DNA of 25,949 bases from Candidatus Heimdallarchaeota archaeon (lineage in GTDB: Archaea; Asgardarchaeota; Heimdallarchaeia; Heimdallarchaeales; Heimdallarchaeaceae), in contig JAEOTE010000053.1 in the NCBI GenBank assembly GCA_016839945.1, positions 1-25,949 of the forward strand, given 5' to 3'. Shown here one piece after another: positions 1 through 8,402 of the stretch. The notes under the pieces were generated by a model. The model worked only from the letters and a program-made list of their open reading frames with translations. It did no database searches and was not told the DNA's origin. The translations under genes and the position numbers were made by a program. Every line of letters begins with the position of its first letter. The stretch's first letter is position 1.

Positions 1-434
1 AGTACATAAGCAAACAATAGAGTGACTAAAGGTTGAGCTTTTTGAATTAAAATGGCTATTGTAGGATTTCCTAAACCAAAGGATATTAGATAGAAGAATA
101 AACCTAAAGCAGATCCACCAAAGGATATATACATCAATGACAACCAATCTTTTCTTGTGAAATTTTTTAAGGGAGCAAGGATTTTACGAAAACCTCTTCT
201 AATGATTAAAATTGGTAGAAGAATCATCATACCAAAGAAATGTTCAATTAAAGCAATGAAAGATGATCCTCTTGGCATAACCATTGGAAGAGTATTCTCT
301 AAAGGAAACACTACTCCAGGTGATGAGAAGATTAGTGGGTATCTTACTGGAGCATCAAAAGCTCTTGCTGCATTAGCTAGTGAAACAAAAGCTGGACCAA
401 ATTTTTGCATTTTTAGATTATCTTCTTCACTCAT
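1..434 (-). CDS. EamA/DMT-family transporter, 5' part (runs off the left edge; absent from the ORF track)
   Basis: Manual translation from ATG at 434: MSEEDNLKMQKFGPAFVSLANAARAFDAPVRYP...IALIEHFFGMMILLPILIIRRG...KDWLSLMYISFGGSALGLFFYLISFGLGNPTIAILIQKAQPLVTLLFAYV, open to the window edge. The pattern G..F.....G....A.LIQ..QP.VT.LFA is typical of an EamA repeat. Confidence 0.85.
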   Translation of the reverse strand, partial: MSEEDNLKMQKFGPAFVSLANAARAFDAPVRYPLIFSSPGVVFPLENTLPMVMPRGSSFIALIEHFFGMMILLPILIIRRGFRKILAPLKNFTRKDWLSLMYISFGGSALGLFFYLISFGLGNPTIAILIQKAQPLVTLLFAYV

Positions 435-452
435 GAAATCACTATGTCATTT

Positions 453-467
453 ATACGACAGTCGTAT
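453..467. promoter_or_regulatory. Perfect 7-1-7 inverted repeat ATACGAC-A-GTCGTAT, candidate operator upstream of the EamA gene
   Basis: Seen directly. Lies between a TATA-like TTAAAA (minus strand, ~480-485) and the ATG at 434, over the expected transcription start. Confidence 0.6.
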
Positions 468-470
468 TTG

Positions 471-500
471 ACTACACAGTTTTAAGTTTGTGGGTGTAGT
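471..500. repeat. Inverted repeat ACTACAC-16 nt-GTGTAGT (hairpin or second binding site)
   Basis: Arms at 471-477 and 494-500 are exact reverse complements and enclose the TATA-like element; just downstream of the stop at 523. Confidence 0.4.
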
Positions 501-522
501 TACCTAAAATGTGGTAGCAAAA

Positions 523-2262
523 TCAGGATAAAACAACTTCAGATACAATGAATTTATCATATATTTCTTGGTACATAGATACTAGGGATTCAGTAGCTAT
601 TTCTTTTTCAAACATCCTCTTTAGTTTGTTTTCTGGTTTTCTTCTCTCCCATAGTTTGTGGATTCTTTTATATAAAGATTTTAAGAATGACCAGAGTAGA
701 AGAGGAACGAAAAGGATTATTTTTAACAAAACTTTACCTAATTTCAAAAAGAATTTACCAAAATCTATATCCATATCTTTCTTGAGATTGAATTTCTTTC
801 CTTTTTCAACTACAGAGAAGTATGTATCAGTAAAAGCTGTATTAATTTCTCGAAATCTTTTTCTGATTAATCGTGGAATTGTTAAAGTTTTCTTTGAGAA
901 AATTGTCTTAACTAGGGTAAAAATTATGTGTTTAATGTAAAGAATCAAGGCAAAAAAAACCAAAAAGAATGGCATTAAAAATGCTACAATAGAGACACCA
1001 ATCCCTTTCAAGATTAACACCCATGTTGGGAGATTCTTGAAAATATCAATTAAATATTGTTGAGCTCCTAAAGCTAATGAAATCGCTAATTTATTGTATT
1101 CAATATCAGTCATTATTTGTTTATACTTTTTCTCTTGTTTTGCTATTCCTTTCAATGCACCATTTATCATCATGACTTTCAATATATACTCATCAATCTC
1201 TTCATTTTTTACCTTCAGAACAATATCTTGAAGAGCATTTTCAGCTTTTTCTTCTGTTAATTTATTATTTAATGCGAATCTTTCTAGTGCTTCGTCTCTC
1301 CTCCATGGCAAAACAGATGATTCTTTACTCCATATCAATAAAGCGAATGTTCTTGAAGTTTTTTGAGTTATTTTTGTCAAGTCAAGTTTCTCTAAAGGTA
1401 TTTCTGCTTTTCTTAATAGTATCTCTAACATTTCTTTTGATCTATCTGGAACTTCTTTAACATCCATAGCCAGCAAACCTTGAACTTTTCCTTTTATTGT
1501 TTCAGCTTCTTCTAAAAGTTCTATTTTAAATTCCTCAAAGGTTTCAGAAGAAATTGGAGGTGCGTCAAAAAAACTGAAAGACGAACGAACAGCATAATAT
1601 GGGAGTGAGAAAAAGTTTTCAAGATCCTGAAATACTGCAGCCCATCTGTATGCTCCTAATCTTAGCATATTTTTACTTGTTTCATGAAATATTACATAGA
1701 TAGGACCAAATATTGTAGAAATAAAAGAAAGGAGCAACATAATGGTACCTATCATTAAAATAATGACTATTCTTGGTAAAGCTGGAAACCACCCTTGTAT
1801 AATTAATATCAAAGATTCTCCCCAGATTATTGTAGGAACTAGAATAATAAGTATTGGAGAAATCCCCATACTTATTGCCTGTCCAATTCCTCTTCTTAAT
1901 GGATAAGCTTTCTTTACCTTCTGTTGATTGATAACCAATTCATCAAGTTCTTTTGAAACTTCCATGACTTCTTTGGATTTCTTTCCAGCGAATAATTCAG
2001 ATACAGAAAGAGTTGTTTGTCTTAACATTTGTAGAAAAGGAACGTATTCCCTCAATGCTTGGGGAATAAAAATATCGAAAAGAACTAAGATGAATTTTGC
2101 TAAAATAGATAGGGTAGTGAAAATAACAGAAAGAAAATTGAATGAAAATCTAGCTGCTTTGGGTAACATCTTTTTCTCTTTGTCAGCTTCTTCCTCTGTT
2201 ACTCCTTCTTCCTTTGTTGCTTCTTCTTTAAGTTCTTCAGAATTTTTTTCCGAAGCTGACAT
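523..2262 (-). CDS. Uncharacterised multi-pass membrane protein, paralog 1 of 3
   Basis: 587-aa ORF (track start TTG 2286; ATG at 2262 preferred, with a TATA-like ATTAAAA ~25 nt upstream). Several hydrophobic segments; shares P..LRE.VP, AYP..RG.G, FGPIY..FH, YRW, FD.PPIS.ET, FAL.IW.KE.S..PW, GALKG, D.EYN..A.SLALGAQ.Y and ES.V.MYQEIY.K with 2320-4026 and 22127-23836. Confidence 0.9.
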   Translation of the reverse strand: MSASEKNSEELKEEATKEEGVTEEEADKEKKMLPKAARFSFNFLSVIFTTLSILAKFILVLFDIFIPQALREYVPFLQMLRQTTLSVSELFAGKKSKEVMEVSKELDELVINQQKVKKAYPLRRGIGQAISMGISPILIILVPTIIWGESLILIIQGWFPALPRIVIILMIGTIMLLLSFISTIFGPIYVIFHETSKNMLRLGAYRWAAVFQDLENFFSLPYYAVRSSFSFFDAPPISSETFEEFKIELLEEAETIKGKVQGLLAMDVKEVPDRSKEMLEILLRKAEIPLEKLDLTKITQKTSRTFALLIWSKESSVLPWRRDEALERFALNNKLTEEKAENALQDIVLKVKNEEIDEYILKVMMINGALKGIAKQEKKYKQIMTDIEYNKLAISLALGAQQYLIDIFKNLPTWVLILKGIGVSIVAFLMPFFLVFFALILYIKHIIFTLVKTIFSKKTLTIPRLIRKRFREINTAFTDTYFSVVEKGKKFNLKKDMDIDFGKFFLKLGKVLLKIILFVPLLLWSFLKSLYKRIHKLWERRKPENKLKRMFEKEIATESLVSMYQEIYDKFIVSEVVLS

Positions 2263-2319
2263 AAGTTTACTTTCTACAATATTCAATTTTAATATTGTGA
2301 AAGTGTCGCTGAGAGTACA

Positions 2320-4026
2320 TCATGATACCAATAAATCTGAAAGTAGCATTTTTTCATAGATTTCTTGATACATTGAAACGAGAGATTCAGTTGCTAATTC
2401 TCTTTCAAAATCTCTTTTCATTTTTTCTTCTTCACTTACTCTTGTCCATATTCTTTTGATTATGTTGTAAATAGACTTGAAAAAAGACCAAAGTAAAAGA
2501 GGTATGAATAAGATAAGCTTAAGTAAGACTTTACCTGCTCTAATTGACAATTTCTTTAAATCTAAACCAAAATCTTGTTTTAAGTTTAGCTCCTTTCCTC
2601 TTTTTTTAACTGAAATATATGTTGTTGAAAAGGTGTTACTTATTTCTCCAAATCTTTGACTAACAAATCTTCCAATTTTTAGTATTCTAAAAGAGAAAAT
2701 TGTTTTAAAAATTGTTACAAAGACATGAATAAAATATGAAATAATAGCTTGTATTAAAACAACAGAAGGAACAAATGGAGCAATTAATGATGTAAAAAGA
2801 TTTCTTGAAAATTTCTTATACCAAGGAATAGGACTGTATTTATCTTTAATATATTGTTGAGCACCCAATGCTAGAGAAATTGCCAATTTATTATACTCTA
2901 TATCAGACATTAATTGTTTGTATTTCTTTTCTTGTTTCGCGATACCTTTAAGGGCTCCAGTTATAACTACTGAAGAATAGAGATCATAACTTAAGAACTC
3001 TTCCTCAAGTTTTTTAATAATTAATTCAAAAGATTTCTTTGCTTCTTTTTCATTCATATTGTAGTTTTTAGCAAATTTCTCACTAGCTCGACCTCTCTTC
3101 CAAGGAAAGATTGAAGACTCCTTCTCCCAAATTAGAAGAGCAAACGTTCTAGCTGTTTCTTCTTTGATCTCAGAGATATCCAAATCACTTAAAGGTAATT
3201 CTGCTTGATTTAATAAATGTTCAAGGCGTTCTTTTGATCTTTCAGGAACATATTGCGAATCTAATGCAATTAAGCTCTGAACTCTCTTTTTCATTGTATC
3301 CAATTCATCGACTATTTCTAGTTTGAAGTCTTGAAACGTTTCGGTTGATATAGGAGGTGAATCAAAAAGTGTAAAACTACTCTTTGCAACATGATAAGGA
3401 ATGGAAAAAAGATTTTCTAAACCTTGATAAATCGCAGCCCATCTGTAACCTTTGTATTTCATCATGATTGAACTACTTTCATGAAATAGAGAATAAATTG
3501 GACCAAAAATTGTTGCTAACCATGAAGCTAAAAGAAGTCCCGTACCAAATAATGAAATAGTCCAAAATTCAGGCAATCCAGTAGCGTCTTTGATTAAACC
3601 TAGTAAATCAATATACTCAATACCATAAATTCTACCAATAGCAGTAGGTATTCCAATAAAAACAATTGGAGTTACAGCTAGATTTATTACTTCTCCAAAA
3701 CCTCTTCGGAGAGGATATGCTTTTATCATTCTTTGTTCTCTTAGAACTAATTCATCAAGTTCTTGTGCTACTTCAACAATTTCTTTTGATTTCTTCCCAG
3801 CGAATAAATTAGAAGCTGTTAAAGCATATTTTCTGTACATTTGAAGAACAGGAACTAATTCTCTCAAACTACGAGGAAAAAAGATGTCAAAAAGTATCAA
3901 TCCAAATCTGCCTATAATCGAAACTAGTGTGAAAAAGCCTGCAATGAAACTGATAAGGAATCTGATTGGCCAAGATAAGTCGTTGTTAGGTTTCTTAACT
4001 TGCTTATCTTTAGGCATCATTTTCAC
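2320..4026 (-). CDS. Uncharacterised multi-pass membrane protein, paralog 2 of 3
   Basis: 568-aa ORF (GTG 4026 or ATG 4020/4017), collinear with its tandem neighbour; identical blocks such as LFAGKKSKE and GALKGIAKQEKKYKQ. Confidence 0.9.
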   Translation of the reverse strand: MKMMPKDKQVKKPNNDLSWPIRFLISFIAGFFTLVSIIGRFGLILFDIFFPRSLRELVPVLQMYRKYALTASNLFAGKKSKEIVEVAQELDELVLREQRMIKAYPLRRGFGEVINLAVTPIVFIGIPTAIGRIYGIEYIDLLGLIKDATGLPEFWTISLFGTGLLLASWLATIFGPIYSLFHESSSIMMKYKGYRWAAIYQGLENLFSIPYHVAKSSFTLFDSPPISTETFQDFKLEIVDELDTMKKRVQSLIALDSQYVPERSKERLEHLLNQAELPLSDLDISEIKEETARTFALLIWEKESSIFPWKRGRASEKFAKNYNMNEKEAKKSFELIIKKLEEEFLSYDLYSSVVITGALKGIAKQEKKYKQLMSDIEYNKLAISLALGAQQYIKDKYSPIPWYKKFSRNLFTSLIAPFVPSVVLIQAIISYFIHVFVTIFKTIFSFRILKIGRFVSQRFGEISNTFSTTYISVKKRGKELNLKQDFGLDLKKLSIRAGKVLLKLILFIPLLLWSFFKSIYNIIKRIWTRVSEEEKMKRDFERELATESLVSMYQEIYEKMLLSDLLVS

Positions 4027-4063
4027 ATCAGTATCATGATATTTTCATTTTTCGAGAAAGATT

Positions 4064-6019
4064 TTATTTATACAGTATGTTCTTAATATAATCTTGAATA
4101 AGTTCTATCTCTATTTTAGAACAGATATAATTTTGATAAATTAAATTATCTATACTATCATCTATTTCGGTCTCATCTTTTGATTCTTTTAACATCATCT
4201 TAGATAGTTTTTCTAGCTCTTCTTTTGTTTCTTGACTAGGTATCTTCACTGGTAGATCATGAAGAAACATTGGAAGATAATGTAAGTAATTTCCTAAAAT
4301 TTCTGTCCCTGAGAAAATTACACTGTACAAGAAACTGTAGAATTCACTATTTAGTAGAGCTAGAATAAATTCCAAAGAAAGATTTAGAGATTTTCCTTTT
4401 TCTGTTAAATGACCTAACAAGAAAATATCTTTACTCACATATCCTTCTGTATCAATAGTTGCCCTGATTCTTAATGCATTTTGACAGATAATTATCTTCT
4501 TAGATTTGAAGTATTCATAATCGGGAAAATTATTATTCAATTTCTTGGCTTTTTCTCTATCATAGTCAATCCAATCTCCATCCCAGATGAGTTTATACCT
4601 TTCAATTTCTCTATTTCCTCCAAAAGGTTTACCACCTATGAACTTCACCGGATTCTTCCCAGTAGGTTTAGAGCTAACAAACATCTCTCTAATTCCTTTT
4701 CGGTGAAAAGAAATTGACCAACGAAAACGGATTAAATCACCGAGAGTGTAATCTGATAAACTAAACACTCTTTCAAGGAATTCTACTTTCTTTCTTGGGA
4801 AATACAAAGTTTTGTTCTTCATCTTGTTAAAAAGATCAATTGACACAGTTTCCTTTTTGTCTTCCAAATTCAATGAAGATAAATCTTCTATTTGAACATC
4901 TGGAAATAAATCAATGTAGTTATTTTTTTGTAATTCCTTTTTCAAAATAAGAATAATAGGATAAACAGCTGGTCGAAAAACTCGTTGATGTGCTAAATCT
5001 ACGATTTGATTGATAAGATTTCTAGCTAAAAATCGTTCTCTTAATACTCTAGCATACTTTGATATTAGAAATTTGTTAGGAATTATAAATCCTAATTTTC
5101 CTTTTTCTGACATCATTTCAGCGCCAAGAGATAAGAAGCATGCATAGATATCAAAAGATCCTTTAGCTTCCTCAGGGAAATATCTTTTACATATTGTTTT
5201 AGTTTTTTTATCCATTTTTTTTGATTCTATATATGGAGGATTGCCAACTACAAAATCATACTTCTTTCTTTTTGCTTCTTTGATATACTTCTCTTCGTTG
5301 GTACTATCTGTAACAAGGGAGTTTGTTTTGTAGATATTAAATTTCATTTTATGTTCTAATGGAAAATCGGATTTAAAACAATCAAACAATGTATTAATGA
5401 TGTTTACTTTCGATAAGTATATTGCAATAGGATCTATATCAAATCCATAAATCTTGTCAGAAATTTTTGATATTATTTCCCCAGGAGTTTGATTTTTCTT
5501 CTTCTCACTATCATACATTCTTTGAGCTGCTCTGGTTAGAAATAATCCTGATCCACATGCTAAATCTATAAGATTGTTTTCGCTCTTTTGGTTCTCATAA
5601 AGAGGATATTCCAATTGTGACAAAATATAATCAATTACGGAGATAGGAGTAAAAACAATCCCTTTATCTTGTTTTTTTGAAGAAGAGAGAACCTTTTGAT
5701 ATAACTCTCCTAAATAATCTCTTAATTCATATTGAGCTGAACTTTCTATAAAAGAATCTATTTTTTTGGAAATCTTTCTGAAATCAAAGTCTTGGAAATC
5801 AGTAAAAAATGATGGAAAAGATTGATTTAGTATCTCTTTCTTTTCAGAAATTGAATGAGTACTATCTATAAATCCATAGTATTCTGCTTTTTTTAGTAAA
5901 ATAAATTCACTAAGTTTCTGGAAATTCTTGAGTAAGAGTTTATGACCTCTAAAATTTGTTAGTTTATTCTGCTCATTGATTAATCTATATGAGCTGTTGA
6001 GATCTGAGAGAATTCCCAT
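4064..6019 (-). CDS. N6-adenine DNA methyltransferase, gamma class (Eco57I/TaqI-like, with TaqI_C-type target recognition domain)
   Basis: Motif X GIVFTP, motif I IDLACGSGLFL, motif II IYGFDIDP, motif IV VVGNPPY, motif VI GFIIPNKFL in gamma order; C-terminal KIIICQ...FILALLNS...LHDLPV. AAGGAG Shine-Dalgarno upstream (6026-6031). Confidence 0.9.
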   Translation of the reverse strand: MGILSDLNSSYRLINEQNKLTNFRGHKLLLKNFQKLSEFILLKKAEYYGFIDSTHSISEKKEILNQSFPSFFTDFQDFDFRKISKKIDSFIESSAQYELRDYLGELYQKVLSSSKKQDKGIVFTPISVIDYILSQLEYPLYENQKSENNLIDLACGSGLFLTRAAQRMYDSEKKKNQTPGEIISKISDKIYGFDIDPIAIYLSKVNIINTLFDCFKSDFPLEHKMKFNIYKTNSLVTDSTNEEKYIKEAKRKKYDFVVGNPPYIESKKMDKKTKTICKRYFPEEAKGSFDIYACFLSLGAEMMSEKGKLGFIIPNKFLISKYARVLRERFLARNLINQIVDLAHQRVFRPAVYPIILILKKELQKNNYIDLFPDVQIEDLSSLNLEDKKETVSIDLFNKMKNKTLYFPRKKVEFLERVFSLSDYTLGDLIRFRWSISFHRKGIREMFVSSKPTGKNPVKFIGGKPFGGNREIERYKLIWDGDWIDYDREKAKKLNNNFPDYEYFKSKKIIICQNALRIRATIDTEGYVSKDIFLLGHLTEKGKSLNLSLEFILALLNSEFYSFLYSVIFSGTEILGNYLHYLPMFLHDLPVKIPSQETKEELEKLSKMMLKESKDETEIDDSIDNLIYQNYICSKIEIELIQDYIKNILYK

Positions 6020-6094
6020 TGTTGTCTCCTTTTCAATACTTGTATAATAAAGTAAGTACTAAAGTTTTTAGGATTCAAACTAGATATATTTACT

Positions 6095-7297
6095 ATGGTA
6101 TCCCGTCATTTACTCTTTGGGGATATCGAAAAAAAAGCTGAAGAAGATCTCAAGCTTCTACTTACGAAAAAAAAACCGCTACCCCAAGAATTCCATTATT
6201 CTCCTTTTATCTTACGTAGTGTTAATGAGAAACTACTAGAAGAAGGAATATCTATAGGACTTGGTTTTTTATCAGATAAAACAATTATAGATGCTTATTG
6301 GAATTCAGTTTCTCTACCTTTAGAAGGAGAAATTCTAGTTCGTATAATATATGGTACACAAATAGGATGCCAAGATGAACTAGTTATATTTTTCAAGAAT
6401 AATGAAGTTAAGAAAAAAATGCAACAGGAAATATCAGAAATCCTGAAATTAAAACCTAAGAATAACTTAGTATATAGATTTAGATCTATGATTAGAAATG
6501 AAGATGTTGATAATATCTGTGAAAAAATCAGAGCTATTTCTTATGAGAAGAATATCATTATTCAAACAGAAATGATTTATTTAGAAAGAAAAGAAATTCA
6601 GGTAAATGAGACTAAATTTGTTTGGAATATTCCTTCAACAGTTAAGCTGAAATGTAAAAGATGCAACCTTTGTGAACTCCCAAGCCATTATTCTGTAAAT
6701 CCTATACCTAATATTATGGAAGAAGATGAGGAAAAAAAATGTTTTACATTTGAGAATCGCATATGTTTTCCTTGCAATTTACCAACTCTCTCCTATCATG
6801 AAATTGAAAATATATCGATGAAAAAAAGCTTACAAATTCAAGATTTTAGTAGACCTGTTCTAGCTTTTGAAGATACAAAGACTAACAATTTTGATTACTT
6901 GTTTGCTTTGAAACAAAAGAATGGTTTATGTGTTTTTCAGAATCTGAAAAATAATAGCTGTTTGATCCATAATATATCACCTTTGAATTGTAAATCCTAT
7001 CCTCTACTAATATCAGATTTAAGTGAAAAGGAAATTATCATAGAACTAGATTTTTCATGTCCTGGAATTGAAATTAAAGGTTCCATAAATTTTCAGAAAT
7101 TATCCAAAAAATACTTTCAATTACTAAAAACTAGAAGTAAATTACCAAATAGAAATATAGCATCATTATTACAAACTTGGAAAGATCTTGTGATTTGGAA
7201 GGATAAAGAGAGAGTTAAACATGATGAAGTAGAAATAGCTTATGATATGTTTTTTCAAGAATATTTGGAATTTAAAGAGAAAACAAAAACAAAATGA
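6095..7297 (+). CDS. YkgJ-family (zinc/iron-chelating CxxCxxCC-like) cysteine-cluster protein with an unknown N-terminal domain
   Basis: CKRCNLC, then GLCVFQ...SCLIHNISPLNCKSYP and DFSCPGI, matching the C.F...C.I...RP..C..YP / CPG signature. AAAGTTTTTA BRE/TATA-like motif at 6061-6070. Confidence 0.75.
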   Translation: MVSRHLLFGDIEKKAEEDLKLLLTKKKPLPQEFHYSPFILRSVNEKLLEEGISIGLGFLSDKTIIDAYWNSVSLPLEGEILVRIIYGTQIGCQDELVIFFKNNEVKKKMQQEISEILKLKPKNNLVYRFRSMIRNEDVDNICEKIRAISYEKNIIIQTEMIYLERKEIQVNETKFVWNIPSTVKLKCKRCNLCELPSHYSVNPIPNIMEEDEEKKCFTFENRICFPCNLPTLSYHEIENISMKKSLQIQDFSRPVLAFEDTKTNNFDYLFALKQKNGLCVFQNLKNNSCLIHNISPLNCKSYPLLISDLSEKEIIIELDFSCPGIEIKGSINFQKLSKKYFQLLKTRSKLPNRNIASLLQTWKDLVIWKDKERVKHDEVEIAYDMFFQEYLEFKEKTKTK

Positions 7298-7303
7298 TTG
7301 TTT

Positions 7304-7795
7304 CTACATATATCTTACTTTTAATCTATTGAACTTAATTCTACATGTATTGCAGAAAGTCGAAGATTTCTTAATCAAAGTCTCAAAGTTATCTGAATAT
7401 CGCATAACACAGTCCTCTCTGCATGCATTCAATCCTAGAACCAATCCAACTTGATATGCAACTTCCTTTGCTGCAAGTGTTCTAGTCGCCATCTTTGAAG
7501 TTGATACAATTGATCCTTTTGAAGACTCAGCATATCCAAAAACATGTTTATCATCAGCTGCTAAAGGTTCTTCTATTAGCCAAAGAAAATAAGTTATTCC
7601 ATCTCTTAATACATTGTTTAGAAGTGTTTTAGCATTGAATGCTTTGACATTTACATCCCAAGCATTTTGCCTTGGTATACGTACTCCTACTGACCTGAAT
7701 TGTATGTCAAAAACATCTTTAAGCATCCTCTCAACATGTTCCGACACCTCATCAGTGACTTTCTCACAGTAGTATATCTTGTATTCCCTAGGCAA
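7304..7795 (-). CDS. Archaemetzincin (peptidase M54)-like protein with a degenerate catalytic zinc motif
   Basis: HVFGYA..., SIVSTSKM, KEVAYQVGLVLGLNAC..DCVMRYS...KSSTFCNTC aligns to the M54 consensus KE..HE.GH..GL.HC...CVM..S......K...FC..C. TTG start. Confidence 0.8.
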   Translation of the reverse strand: MPREYKIYYCEKVTDEVSEHVERMLKDVFDIQFRSVGVRIPRQNAWDVNVKAFNAKTLLNNVLRDGITYFLWLIEEPLAADDKHVFGYAESSKGSIVSTSKMATRTLAAKEVAYQVGLVLGLNACREDCVMRYSDNFETLIKKSSTFCNTCRIKFNRLKVRYM

Positions 7796-7886
7796 GTGAA
7801 TCTAAGCTTATTTTTATCTATAATCACTAATATCTTTTATGTTATTATCAAAAGTTTCTAGCAAAAATTCTTAAGTAATTTTCCAA

Positions 7887-8333
7887 TCACTTGCGAGAAT
7901 AAATTGAACTTGAAATAATTTTTTCGTCTTTACCCATCTTAATAGTAACTTCTAGTTCATCTTCTTCTTCTGTTTGCTTAATTTCTCGAATAATTTTCAT
8001 GTTTGGTGGAAGATTGAAACCAAAATCAAAAACACTTCTAATTATGAAAAGATTTTTCTCTTCTGAACTCGAAATAAGGCTTTTTTCAATATATCCTTCT
8101 TCATTGATAATAATGTTGTTCAATTTCTCATTGATTTTATCAAAAAAGAAATAACCAATTTCTATGATCTTTGAAGATTTTTCATGAGTGATTGATTGCT
8201 CATATTTTATGATTTCTGAACCATATAAAGCAAAAGAAATGGAAGATTCAAATTTTCCATCTTCATTTTCAGTTTCCCCTTCCCATTTTCCTAATAGCCA
8301 ATCAAATTCCTTTATGGGATTTTCAAATTTCAT
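7887..8333 (-). CDS. Nitrobindin/THAP4-like (DUF1794, FABP-type beta-barrel) protein
   Basis: N-terminal PIKEFDWLLGKWEG signature, E.GYF motif, alternating beta-strand pattern, 148 aa. Confidence 0.65.
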   Translation of the reverse strand: MKFENPIKEFDWLLGKWEGETENEDGKFESSISFALYGSEIIKYEQSITHEKSSKIIEIGYFFFDKINEKLNNIIINEEGYIEKSLISSSEEKNLFIIRSVFDFGFNLPPNMKIIREIKQTEEEDELEVTIKMGKDEKIISSSIYSRK

Positions 8334-8402
8334 TATTGATGTTCTATTGAATTAGATTTAAAAACTCTAGCTTTGATGGAATATTAACTCAAGTGATTCC
8401 TC

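Noticed and set aside
157-471. 104-aa plus-strand ORF in the track
   Set aside because: Antisense shadow of the EamA gene on the minus strand (1-434).
4064-7297. Type II restriction-modification pair (MTase plus divergent gene as endonuclease)
   Set aside because: The divergent gene has a YkgJ-type Cys signature; no convincing PD-(D/E)xK, HNH or GIY-YIG motif.
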